In this document: positions 28,091 to 37,481 of the stretch, one piece after another
How the letters are laid out: every line of letters starts with the position of its first letter
Numbering within the stretch: the first letter of the stretch is position 1
From: an uncultured Alphaproteobacteria bacterium
GTDB taxonomy: Bacteria; Pseudomonadota; Alphaproteobacteria; Rs-D84
Length of the DNA stretch: 64,000 nucleotides
Direction: 5' to 3'
Assembly (NCBI GenBank): GCA_934232895.1
Contig: CAKQGH010000004.1
Coordinates: 21,979-85,978 of the forward strand
The notes under the pieces: generated by a model
Seen by the model: only the letters and a program-made list of their open reading frames with translations
Told to the model about the DNA's origin: nothing
The model's database searches: none
Made by a program: the position numbers and the translations under genes

Positions 28091-28747
28091 TTATTTATCG
28101 CCCAGCCGCCGCCGCGACAGCGGAATGTCCGCGCCCTGGGCCGTGCAAATATTTTCAATAAAATGCAGTGTCGTCGCCAATGTTGGTGGTAATTCGTACA
28201 GCCGCCCAATATACGGCGCGGCACAATTATCACACACCGCCCGCCCGGTGCGCGGCGACAAGAAATGTAAATTTTCACGCGAACCACAGCCCGAACAATG
28301 TGATAAATCCAGCGCATACCCCAATTCACGCAACAACACCATTTCCCAATTCAAATAGTTGCCATTATCATCGCCTGATGTTGCCAATTTTTTTATAAAT
28401 TCGATTGTTTCATTATACAGTTCCCGGTACTGTTCGCGTTCGGGCAGCAATACCGATATTAAATCAAAAGCACTGTTGAATAATGCTAATTTTTTTGCCG
28501 ACATCATTATCGGTGCGGTTGGATTTGTGGTTGCATCCCAATGGAACGCACCCAATTGCGAATCCAGACGCGCATTCCACGCCACATTGCCAATTTGTCC
28601 CACCAACGGTTTACGCCGTGTCATAATTTGCGCCGCCCGCATAGTGCCACACATAATACCAAAATCGCGGGTAAACACACGCGCCACAACATCGCGTTCA
28701 CCAAATGGTCGCATAGATATTAAAATGCCGGTTGATTCCAATTTCAT
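28091..28747 (-). CDS. recO: DNA repair protein RecO
   Basis: MKLESTGILISMRPFGERDVVARVFTRDFG OB-fold N-terminus. Zn-finger-like CSGCGS...CDNC in the C-terminal half. Confidence 0.85.
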   Translation of the reverse strand: MKLESTGILISMRPFGERDVVARVFTRDFGIMCGTMRAAQIMTRRKPLVGQIGNVAWNARLDSQLGAFHWDATTNPTAPIMMSAKKLALFNSAFDLISVLLPEREQYRELYNETIEFIKKLATSGDDNGNYLNWEMVLLRELGYALDLSHCSGCGSRENLHFLSPRTGRAVCDNCAAPYIGRLYELPPTLATTLHFIENICTAQGADIPLSRRRLGDK

Positions 28748-28815
28748 ACCGGCAATTATAGTTCCCACCCAACCCCATTGCAACAATCATCAACGATAAA
28801 AAGCAATAATAAAAA

Positions 28816-30132
28816 TTACATCGCCTGCATTTTGCTGACGGAGAAATCCAATTTCTTCGTCTTGCCCGAAACAACATTCATCGGCAATGCAATGTCTTTG
28901 AGAGCCTCCTCAATCGATGTCGTGCCACTGGCAACGCTGGTTCCCGTTGTGGTTGTGGTACCGGTGATTTTGGTCGTGGTCGATATGTCATCCGCCATCA
29001 CCTGGTCTGCAACCACCGCATCAGAAACCTGCATCTGTTGCTCAAGGGCTTTTTTTAATTCTTCATTGACCTCTGGTCTTGTGTACTTTTCTGCAAGGTT
29101 TGATGTTTGTTTCGTCTCGGTTTTGGTTTCTGTCGTATCTGGGACCATTTTGTTCAATGCCGTTAACATATTTTTTGCATTGGCCGCATCGTATGTGTTA
29201 TTGCATGCTTTCAAGACACTCTTTTGTATATTGGACAATGTATCGGGCGCCGTGCGATATATTTCCAGGCATTTTTTGAATTGAATATCCGACGAGCACC
29301 CATAACACTCATACATCATATCGCTTGAATATGTTTTTGTCGCTGATGTAATCTTTTGTGTGTCTTGCTTTTCAACACACCATTTTTTGTTTTTATCCCA
29401 AACCATATTATTCTTGCCACAATCCATACAGATTCCCGTTTTATCTGGACCTTGGGTTTCTGTTTCTGGGCAATATTCACACTTTTGTAAAAACGTATTG
29501 AAAATATAATCCGTCCCAGTGCATGTGACGCATTTGCCGTTGGCGTCCAATCCCTTGGTCAGCCCCGTGCAAGAATCATCGGATTTTGTTTCTTCCTTTG
29601 GTTTCTCGGGCTCTGTGGCTTGCTTTTTCGGTGTATCGTCTTTCTTTGCGGTGGTTTTTGGTGTTTCCTGTTTCACGGCGGTGCATTTGCCACCACTAAC
29701 AACCTGGCCACTGGGGCATGATGTTGGTACTGTGCAATCGCCCTCAACTGTACCGCATATTGTCACGGTCTCTGTATATTCACATGTGCCACCGCCAACG
29801 GATTTTGTCTTTTTCGTACTGCTTTTTTCCCAATTCTTGCCCTCTACAAACGTTCCTTGTTTGCCACCTTCGCCCTTTACACCATCACAGCACCAAAAGT
29901 GGCGGTTATTATGTTCAAAATCATCATGATGTGCCAATTCGTGCACGGTGTTTCTCTTTGCGGCTTTGTTGCCTTTACACGAGTGTATCTGATAACCGCA
30001 CAACCAATATTCGTCGTTGCCCTTGTCTTCAACCCAGCATTCACTCTGATACCCCGTATAGAAATCGGCCCAGACCGGGCATATAACCAATGCACAAATC
30101 ATAACCAGAAAAATTTTACGCAGCATATTCAT
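28816..30132 (-). CDS. Secreted CXXC-rich protein (VSP/furin-repeat-like Cys spacing), downstream of inverton 1
   Basis: Signal peptide MNMLRKIFLVMICALVICPVWA. Many Cys, including CVTC, CEYC, CMDC, CYGC and CPSGQVVSGGKC. Lys/Thr/Glu-rich linker. GGGGGA RBS. Confidence 0.7.
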   Translation of the reverse strand: MNMLRKIFLVMICALVICPVWADFYTGYQSECWVEDKGNDEYWLCGYQIHSCKGNKAAKRNTVHELAHHDDFEHNNRHFWCCDGVKGEGGKQGTFVEGKNWEKSSTKKTKSVGGGTCEYTETVTICGTVEGDCTVPTSCPSGQVVSGGKCTAVKQETPKTTAKKDDTPKKQATEPEKPKEETKSDDSCTGLTKGLDANGKCVTCTGTDYIFNTFLQKCEYCPETETQGPDKTGICMDCGKNNMVWDKNKKWCVEKQDTQKITSATKTYSSDMMYECYGCSSDIQFKKCLEIYRTAPDTLSNIQKSVLKACNNTYDAANAKNMLTALNKMVPDTTETKTETKQTSNLAEKYTRPEVNEELKKALEQQMQVSDAVVADQVMADDISTTTKITGTTTTTGTSVASGTTSIEEALKDIALPMNVVSGKTKKLDFSVSKMQAM

Positions 30133-30160
30133 TTCATCCCCCCTGTGGGCGCTATGTTCA

Positions 30161-30276
30161 TTGCCGAAAAAAACGGTGGTTTTTTGCGCAATAAATACCA
30201 CTTGACCTGATGGCGGATTTCTGGGTATAATTTCCGTATAAAAGTGCCGAAATTAAACCACCGTTTTTTTCGGCAC
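30161..30276. promoter_or_regulatory. Putative invertible promoter element 1 (promoter currently facing away from gene 28816..30132: OFF)
   Basis: Perfect 20-bp IR GCCGAAAAAAACGGTGGTTT (30163-30182) / AAACCACCGTTTTTTTCGGC (30255-30274). Interior promoter on the + strand: TTGACC (30202-30207), 18 nt, TATAAT (30226-30231). The interior is homologous to element 2 only when reverse-complemented. Confidence 0.6.
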
Positions 30277-30294
30277 TTCTTTTTTTGCGCCGCG

Positions 30295-30327
30295 CCCCGC
30301 CCACCGCGGCATTGCGGGGATTTTTTG
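30295..30327 (+). terminator. Hairpin plus T-run on the outer flank of inverton 1
   Basis: CCCCGC-CCACCGCGGCATT-GCGGGG-ATTTTTTG. Conserved at 56362-56392. Confidence 0.5.
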
Positions 30328-30329
30328 TG

Positions 30330-30860
30330 TTTTTTATTTGTCCCTGCGGGGCAATGGACCCCGACCTTCGTCGGGGTGACGGTCTTTTTTATTCTTAAAA
30401 CTTTATCACTCTATCACTGATGCGCTGCCGACACCCCGCCCTGCGTGCACCCCGACTTCCCAGAGGTGAACTTGACTTGCAACGAGAACGTAGCAAGTTC
30501 TCCTCCTGTGGAGGAGTACCGCGTAGCGGGGAGGTGGTCTTTTTATTTGTCCCTGCGGGGCAATAGATACCGGCCTACGCCGGTATGACGGAAGTTTTGT
30601 GGTTGATTACCAAATTTTACGAGTGTTGTTCGGCTGTAGGTGATTTATTATAGTCGTCACCCCGACACCCGGGTCCCACAAAATTGAAAATTTTGTGGGT
30701 GGTACCAGGCCGGGGGCCATTGCCCCGCAGGGACTTATTTACCACTACCCCGGCACTTCGTGCCACCCCTTCGCTTGGCGAAGGGGAATTTAGACCACAA
30801 CGGGAATGAAACAAGTGCGCCATCGGCGCGCTATCTATTCTCTATTATCTATTCTCTATG
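30330..30860. repeat. Repeat mosaic 2 (largest cluster of nested palindromic units)
   Basis: TTATTTGTCCCTGCGGGGCAATGGACCCCGACCTTCGTCGGGGTGAC, CCCACAAAATTGAAAATTTTGTGGG, CACCCCTTCGCTTGGCGAAGGGG and CTATCTATTCTCTATTATCTATTCTCTATGCTCT units all recur elsewhere in the window. Confidence 0.8.
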
Positions 30861-30892
30861 CTCTGAAAAACCGCCCCGGGATGGGGCGGTTT

Positions 30893-31957
30893 TTATTCCA
30901 TATTTGCCAATCGTTCCAATTGGTCGGCGGCAATCAAGGCGTCTATCATTTCATCCAATGCCACACCGCCCGCCAAAATATCATCCAATTTATACAGGGT
31001 CAATTTTATACGGTGATCGGTCACGCGTTGTTCTGGGAAATTATAGGTTCTGATTTTTTCACTGCGGTCGCCACTGCCCACCATGGTTTTACGGGCGGCG
31101 TTGCTGGCACCCTGCTGTTCGGCACGCTGCTTTTCATACAACTTGGAACGCAGAACCGCCATCGCCGCGGCCTTGTTCTGGAACTGGCTGCGCTCGTTCT
31201 GGCACGTAACGACAATCCCTGATGGAAAGTGCGTAATACGAATCGCACTGTCGGTTTTATTTACGTGCTGGCCACCCGCCCCAGACGCACGGAAAATATC
31301 AATACGAATATCCTTGTCATCAATTACAACGTCAATATCTTTGGCCTCGGGCATAACGGCGACAGACGCCGCACTGGTGTGAATACGACCGCCGGCCTCG
31401 GTTTCAGGCACACGTTGCACGCGATGAATTCCCGATTCGAATTTCATACGCGCATACGCCCCAACACCATCGATTTTGAATACAATTTCTTTGTACCCGC
31501 GCAGGGAGGTTGCGTTTTCTTCGATAACCTCGACCGTCCAGCCGTGACGCAACGCATACGATTTATATTGGTTATACAAATCACCCGCAAACAGTGCCGA
31601 TTCTTCACCGCCAACACCTGCGCGAATTTCCATAATAACACTGTTATCGTCGGCATCATCACGTGGCAGTAATGCGATTTGCAAACTCTTTTCAATTTCA
31701 GGCAAACGGTGATTTAATTCCGCCAACTGTTCCGCCGCAATCGCATGTAGTTCTGGATCGTGTTGCATTTCTGTTGCATCGGCAATGCCCGCGGTCGTTT
31801 GGAAATATTCGTTTATCAGCGGCAAAATCCCCGTCAGGCGCGAATACTCTTTGGACAATTTGGTCAATTCGTCCCCCGACACATTGCCCGAATTCATCTG
31901 GGCCTCTATTTCCGAGGCACGGGTTTGTATGTCTTTTAATTTTTGTTCTATAATCAT
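30893..31957 (-). CDS. prfA: Peptide chain release factor 1
   Basis: VQRVPETEAGGRIHTS (PxT tripeptide region) and SGAGGQHVNKTDSAIRITH (GGQ motif). Confidence 0.93.
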   Translation of the reverse strand: MIIEQKLKDIQTRASEIEAQMNSGNVSGDELTKLSKEYSRLTGILPLINEYFQTTAGIADATEMQHDPELHAIAAEQLAELNHRLPEIEKSLQIALLPRDDADDNSVIMEIRAGVGGEESALFAGDLYNQYKSYALRHGWTVEVIEENATSLRGYKEIVFKIDGVGAYARMKFESGIHRVQRVPETEAGGRIHTSAASVAVMPEAKDIDVVIDDKDIRIDIFRASGAGGQHVNKTDSAIRITHFPSGIVVTCQNERSQFQNKAAAMAVLRSKLYEKQRAEQQGASNAARKTMVGSGDRSEKIRTYNFPEQRVTDHRIKLTLYKLDDILAGGVALDEMIDALIAADQLERLANME

Positions 31958-31969
31958 ACCGTTATACCA

Positions 31970-33265
31970 TTACTTTAACAATTTAATTAAATTTTCTAAA
32001 TTCATTGCCTGCTGGTCGCCAGACTGCATATTTTTAACCCCGACAACGCCAGCGGTGCGTTCGGTTTCGCCAATAATTATGCTGTACGCGGCACCGATTT
32101 TATCGGCATATTCAACCTGGTTCTTGAATTTTTTATTTGTATCCAGATATGACACCGACGCAATTCCATTATCACGCAGTGCCGCCAAAACAGACGACGC
32201 ATACGCCAAATTTTCATCGCCCATCACCAAAACCGCCGCACGGATTGGCGCATCAAAACGCGTTAAATCAATTTGCCCCGCGTCCAGCAACGCGACAAAG
32301 ATTCGCGAAAAACCAATCGCCGCACCAACGCCGATAATTTTGGTCTTGGAAAACTTGCCTGCCAAATCGGCATAACGACCACCGCCGGCCGCCGTGCCCA
32401 ATTCCGGATGATTTATCAATTTGAATTCGAACACCAGTCCCGTGTAATACGCCAAACCGCGCGCAATTGACAAATCAATTTCCGCATTATTCACGCCCAT
32501 ATCGCGCAGCACATGAACAAAGTGCGTCAATTCATCAATCGCCGCGTCTAATTCTGGTGTGCGCCCCATAAATTCGGTATATCCACGTGTGAACACGGAT
32601 TTAATTTCGTCTTCTTTGGCCATGTCGTTTAACGCATCACGCAAACCAGATGCAAATTCGGCGTCGCCCATGGCGTCTTTTTTATCAATTAAAACGAATA
32701 CCGATTTCTTTTGCGCGTCATCCAACCCCAAATGTGCAAACATTGCATCCCAGAACGGACGCGACCCGACCAGCACGCGCGCCGGGCCAATAAATTCAGC
32801 AACAGATTTCAACGCGCGATCAATCACAGAAATAATTTCCGCGTCATAATTTGTGGACAGCGCATTGATACCCATAATGTCCATATCCATTTGGTAAAAT
32901 TCGCGATAGCGGCCCTTTTGCGCACGTTCCCCGCGATAACGTTTTGAAAACTGTGACGCACGAAATGGAAACACCAAATCGTTCAAATGACCCGCAACAT
33001 AACGCGACAGACCGACCGTCCCGTCATAGCGCAACCCCATTTTTGTATCGCCCTTTTGGAACAAGAACATTTGGGTTTCAATTTCGTCCCAGTTGTCTTT
33101 GTCGGTCAAAACCTCGGCCCGTTCAATGGCCGGTAAATCCAATTGCGAAAAACCCGCCACGCGCAAAACATTTAACATACGACGTGCGCATTCGTCAAAA
33201 CAGCGCTGTTGCGCCGGCAATAATTCTATGAAACCCGACAATGGTTTCGTTGGCTTTAATTCCAT
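31970..33265 (-). CDS. hisS: Histidine--tRNA ligase
   Basis: Start at MELKPTKPLSGF. Class II motif 2 RYRGERAQKGRYREFYQMDMD and motif 3 GGGRYADL. C-terminal anticodon-binding domain. Confidence 0.85.
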   Translation of the reverse strand: MELKPTKPLSGFIELLPAQQRCFDECARRMLNVLRVAGFSQLDLPAIERAEVLTDKDNWDEIETQMFLFQKGDTKMGLRYDGTVGLSRYVAGHLNDLVFPFRASQFSKRYRGERAQKGRYREFYQMDMDIMGINALSTNYDAEIISVIDRALKSVAEFIGPARVLVGSRPFWDAMFAHLGLDDAQKKSVFVLIDKKDAMGDAEFASGLRDALNDMAKEDEIKSVFTRGYTEFMGRTPELDAAIDELTHFVHVLRDMGVNNAEIDLSIARGLAYYTGLVFEFKLINHPELGTAAGGGRYADLAGKFSKTKIIGVGAAIGFSRIFVALLDAGQIDLTRFDAPIRAAVLVMGDENLAYASSVLAALRDNGIASVSYLDTNKKFKNQVEYADKIGAAYSIIIGETERTAGVVGVKNMQSGDQQAMNLENLIKLLK

Positions 33266-33440
33266 TTTATATTCCTGTGGTTTATACGGAAAATCGTGAC
33301 ATATCAATGTCAATTATATCATAAAAAATGCAAAACGCTAATATTCACGCCGCGGGGCGTGGTGAAATGTAAAAAAGATAACTGCAAATTTATTCATACC
33401 AAAACCATAGCCGATTTTTGCGATTTTTCAAGCAATTTTG

Positions 33441-34145
33441 TCAAAAATATTGGTGCAATTCCGCGCCGTGCACGATCAGCCACCGCTTTGCGCGCCCCAC
33501 CCCGTCGCCATATAATTGTGCAACCGTTGCCCAGAACGCCGGCGAGTGGTCCAAATGCACACGGTGTGCCAATTCGTGCATAACGACATAGCGCATAATA
33601 TCCGTCGGCGCAAACGCCAGACGCCACGAAAACGAAATTGTCCCCGATGACGAACAACTGCCCCAGCGACTGGTCGTGTCACGCACCGCAATGCGCGTTG
33701 GCCACAGTTCACGCGGCGCGGTTTTAATCATTTCACGTGCGGCAATCTGGAACCGTTCTTTGATAAAATCGCGAACGCGGCGTTCAAACATATCGGCATC
33801 GCCACCAACAACCAAAGTGCATTCACATTCATTGCAAATAAACCTGTTTCCGCGGTACGATGGGTCATGCGCCAATGAGACGCGTCGCCCCAAAAATTCA
33901 ATTGTGTCCCCGGGGCGCACATGCGCCTTGTCGGGTGCGGCGGCATAAATGCGTTCAATCCATTTGCGTTTTTGTTCCAAAAATCGCATGGCCGATGCGG
34001 TTGTTGCCAACCATGGTTTTGAAATATGAATTTCGCGCACTGGGCGCGTTTTTGGCCGCAATGTAATATTGCGCAGCCCACGCCGCGTTTCAATCACAAT
34101 GGGGATATGTTCCCCCCACGATGTAATAAATTCGTATTCAGACAT
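33441..34145 (-). CDS. YgjP-like M48/DUF45 family metal-dependent hydrolase
   Basis: SRWGSCSSSGTISFSWRL...VVMHELAHRVHLDHSPAFW is an HExxH motif in the DUF45 context. Confidence 0.75.
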   Translation of the reverse strand: MSEYEFITSWGEHIPIVIETRRGLRNITLRPKTRPVREIHISKPWLATTASAMRFLEQKRKWIERIYAAAPDKAHVRPGDTIEFLGRRVSLAHDPSYRGNRFICNECECTLVVGGDADMFERRVRDFIKERFQIAAREMIKTAPRELWPTRIAVRDTTSRWGSCSSSGTISFSWRLAFAPTDIMRYVVMHELAHRVHLDHSPAFWATVAQLYGDGVGRAKRWLIVHGAELHQYF

Positions 34146-34151
34146 ATATTG

Positions 34152-35936
34152 CTATTTTAATTTTTTCATAATATCACGTGCGACCGCATCAACATCAAAA
34201 CCCATGGCGCGGTATACCGCATCGCCCGGCCCAGACAATCCAAACCGGTCAATTCCAACAACCGCATCGGCAAATTCAAACCATGGGACGGATGCCGCCG
34301 CCTCTATCGCAACGACAAATCCACGCAATATTTGTTTTTTATACCGCGCGTCTTGGGCACGGAATGCCGAAACACACGGAACACTGGCCACCTGGACAAA
34401 GGGGCCCAATTTTTTTGCAACGGCAACGGCGAATGGAACTTCGCTGCCGGTGGCAAGTATTGTTGCGCGCACGCGCCGCGCGGTGGCGGAATATATAATG
34501 TATCCACCGCGCGAAATATCCGCGCCATCGGGCGTTGGAATTTGCTTTATTTTCTGGCGCGACAAAATCAAGCAGGATGGGCAATTGGTATCCGACACCG
34601 CCATACGCCATGCGTACGCAACCTCGGCCCCGTTGCATGGGCGAAATACATTCAAATGCGGAATCAGACGCAACGACGGCAATTGTTCAACCGGTTCATG
34701 GGTTGGTCCATCCTGGCCCACACAAACACTGTCGTGTGTAAACACATAAATCACGGGCAATCCCGACATTGCCGCAATGCGAATCGCCGGGCGCATATAG
34801 TCACTGAACACCAAAAATGTTGAACCATACGGCCGCAGGCCCGATGCCGCCAACCCGTTCATAATGGCACCCATTGCATGTTCGCGCACACCATAGTTTA
34901 TGAAATTACCATTAAAATCACCCGGGGTAATGTCGTGATGTGCGGCCGTTTTTGCATTTGTACTGTGTGATAAATCCGCACTGCCCCCGACCAGACGCAC
35001 GCCCGCCGCAACCATTGATTGCAAATAAATTCCCGACAGTTCACGCGTGGAAATATCGGCATCTGAATTCAGCGATGGCATATCCGCGACACTGACATCG
35101 GGTTTATTCAAAACATATTTCGCACTGACATTTTGTGCAACCTGTGCCCACAATTCGTCACCCACCGTTGACGCATATTTTTCAATCAATTGTGCCAATT
35201 CCACATCTGGAATTTCAAAACCATGTGCCGCCGCCGCACCCGCCAATGACGAGCCCGCCCCAATAACCGTGCGGCAACGAATAAATGTCGGCGCGTCTGC
35301 CGCGACCGCCGCATGCACCGCCCGATCCAACGCATTAAAATTATTACCCGCAACCGTGACCACACGCCATCCCGCCGCACGCATACGCGCCGCCACATCA
35401 ACATCGGTCAACGCCATGCCATCAATGGTAATGCCATTATCATCCCACAATAAAACCAGATTGTTTAATTTATACCGACCGGCAAACACAATTGATTCGG
35501 ACGCGACACCTTCGGATAAATCGCCATCGCCACACAGGCAATACACCATTTCATCCGCCCCCTGAATCTTGGCCGCCAAAGCCATACCAACCGCGTTTCC
35601 AACACCCTGGCCCAGGGGGCCCGTTGTTGCCATAACGCCATCAATACCAAATTCCGGATGCCCCGGCAACCCGCCAATTGTGCGAAACGATTCCAAATCG
35701 CCAATATCATACCCGGCCAATTTTAATGTTGCATACAGCAGTGCACTGCCATGGCCCGCCGACAGAACAAATCTGTCACACCCCGGGCGCAAGAAATTTG
35801 CATAAATGGTTGTTATAATATCGGCCGCACCCAACACAATTCCCAAATGCCCCGAATGCGCACGACGCACCGCGTTCAGCGCATGCGCGCGAACGGAACT
35901 GGACATATCGGCTAATTGTTTGGCATCAAATTTCAT
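34152..35936 (-). CDS. tkt: Transketolase
   Basis: AHSGHLGIVLGAADI, SAGHGSALLY, GDGDLSEGV (TPP binding) and THDSVCVGQDGPTHEPVEQL. Confidence 0.92.
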   Translation of the reverse strand: MKFDAKQLADMSSSVRAHALNAVRRAHSGHLGIVLGAADIITTIYANFLRPGCDRFVLSAGHGSALLYATLKLAGYDIGDLESFRTIGGLPGHPEFGIDGVMATTGPLGQGVGNAVGMALAAKIQGADEMVYCLCGDGDLSEGVASESIVFAGRYKLNNLVLLWDDNGITIDGMALTDVDVAARMRAAGWRVVTVAGNNFNALDRAVHAAVAADAPTFIRCRTVIGAGSSLAGAAAAHGFEIPDVELAQLIEKYASTVGDELWAQVAQNVSAKYVLNKPDVSVADMPSLNSDADISTRELSGIYLQSMVAAGVRLVGGSADLSHSTNAKTAAHHDITPGDFNGNFINYGVREHAMGAIMNGLAASGLRPYGSTFLVFSDYMRPAIRIAAMSGLPVIYVFTHDSVCVGQDGPTHEPVEQLPSLRLIPHLNVFRPCNGAEVAYAWRMAVSDTNCPSCLILSRQKIKQIPTPDGADISRGGYIIYSATARRVRATILATGSEVPFAVAVAKKLGPFVQVASVPCVSAFRAQDARYKKQILRGFVVAIEAAASVPWFEFADAVVGIDRFGLSGPGDAVYRAMGFDVDAVARDIMKKLK

Positions 35937-35972
35937 TTTATGATATTATATCACAAAACAAGGTGTAATAAA

Positions 35973-36398
35973 ATGTTAAAAATTTGGACAGATGGCAGTT
36001 GCCTGGGCAACCCTGGTCGTGGCGGATGGGCATTCGTTGCAACCGATGGGAAAAATATCGCCGAGCGCAGCGGGGGCGAAGCGAACACAACCAACAACCG
36101 TATGGAATTAACGGCTGTAATCCGGGCGTTGACCGCGGCACGCCGACACAGTGAAATTGAATTGCACACCGACAGTCAATATGTAAAAAACGGAATGCAA
36201 TCCTGGATAAAAAATTGGAAGAAAAATAATTGGCGCACCGCGGATAAAAAACCTGTTAAAAATCAAGATTTATGGATGCAACTGGACGAATTGTCAAACG
36301 CGATAACAATACACTGGCATTGGGTACGCGGACACAACGGTAACGAATTCAACGAACGGTGCGATGAATTAGCCCGCACCGCCGCCGAAAAAGCGTAA
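35973..36398 (+). CDS. rnhA: Ribonuclease HI
   Basis: MLKIWTDGSCLGNPGRGGWAF...TNNRMELTAVI...LHTDSQYV...WHWVRGHNGNEFNERCDELA carries the DEDD catalytic residues. Confidence 0.92.
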   Translation: MLKIWTDGSCLGNPGRGGWAFVATDGKNIAERSGGEANTTNNRMELTAVIRALTAARRHSEIELHTDSQYVKNGMQSWIKNWKKNNWRTADKKPVKNQDLWMQLDELSNAITIHWHWVRGHNGNEFNERCDELARTAAEKA

Positions 36399-36407
36399 TA
36401 CACACAT

Positions 36408-37481
36408 TTAATCTTCTTTGAATAATCGCACCGGATCAACCGCGGCATCGCCACGTCGAACCTCCAGATACATTTCGGGCTTGTCCGGATTCATACGCCC
36501 AATCGGTTCACCGGCCAGAACCTCTTGCCCAACCATAACATCAATATCGCCCAGATTGGTCATAACCGTGTTATATCCGTTTTTGTGCGACATAATTACC
36601 ACGCGCCCAAAACCGCGAAAACTGTCGGCAAATTTCACCGTGCCATCAGCCGGCGCCAACACCAATGCATCACCACGCGTGCGAATACGCCAACCGTCTG
36701 ATTTCAGGCCCAGTGCGGTCTTTTCGCCAAAATGCACCACCACGCGGCCGCGCACCGGCTGGTTCAATTTACGATACGAAAAACGCGAATCCCCCGACAT
36801 TTGCGAACTCCCCACGCCGGCGGACAATTCCGAAATGCTTTTTGCGCGCGCCGACAATTCGCGCAATTTTTTCTGCAAGGCCGCCTGCTCGGTTTTTAAC
36901 TGTTCGTTCTGGGCGGCACGCGTACGCAACAATTTATCCAACTGATTTTTTTCCGCGGTATATTTTTTCGCGGTACGGTCCAGTTTTTCTTTTTCAATCG
37001 CGCGCGCTTCGCGTATCTTTTCCAGTTCGCGCAATTTTTCCGTGGCATCTTGGATTTCGGCATCAAATTGTGCCGCCGTACCCGACAAAATGGCCGATGT
37101 CAAAACATATTCACGCATATTGTCGGCATCAAAACCCGGGTGCATAGATATAAACAGAATACTGGCCGCCGAATCCGCAATTCGATTTCGGTTTTCATCC
37201 AACGATTTATTTAATTTCTCGCGCTGGGCATCCAATTCGGCAATTTTTCGCGCAACCGCACCGCGTTGTTCTTCCAGATTACTGACCTGGTCGGCGGCAC
37301 GCACCAATTTTTTCTTGGTCGATGCAACCTCGCGCTCGGATGATGCGACGCGTTGGCTCAATTGTTTATTTTGCTGTTCGGTTTTGGCAATCTGGGCATT
37401 TATTTGTGACAGTTCGCTGGTGGCAAACACGGGGCTTGCCATCAACGCAACCATCAAAAACAGCACCAGTTTTTTCATCAC
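36408..37481 (-). CDS. Murein hydrolase activator / M23 peptidase-domain protein (EnvC-like)
   Basis: Signal peptide, long coiled-coil region, C-terminal LytM/M23 domain (GDALVLAPADGTVKFADSFRGFGRVVIMSH). 4-nt overlap with tyrS. Confidence 0.8.
   Translation of the reverse strand: MMKKLVLFLMVALMASPVFATSELSQINAQIAKTEQQNKQLSQRVASSEREVASTKKKLVRAADQVSNLEEQRGAVARKIAELDAQREKLNKSLDENRNRIADSAASILFISMHPGFDADNMREYVLTSAILSGTAAQFDAEIQDATEKLRELEKIREARAIEKEKLDRTAKKYTAEKNQLDKLLRTRAAQNEQLKTEQAALQKKLRELSARAKSISELSAGVGSSQMSGDSRFSYRKLNQPVRGRVVVHFGEKTALGLKSDGWRIRTRGDALVLAPADGTVKFADSFRGFGRVVIMSHKNGYNTVMTNLGDIDVMVGQEVLAGEPIGRMNPDKPEMYLEVRRGDAAVDPVRLFKED

Noticed and set aside
30330-30860. CRISPR array hypothesis for the repeat clusters
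   Set aside because: The units are heterogeneous palindromes in mixed orientation without regular repeat-spacer periodicity. No cas genes are present in the window.
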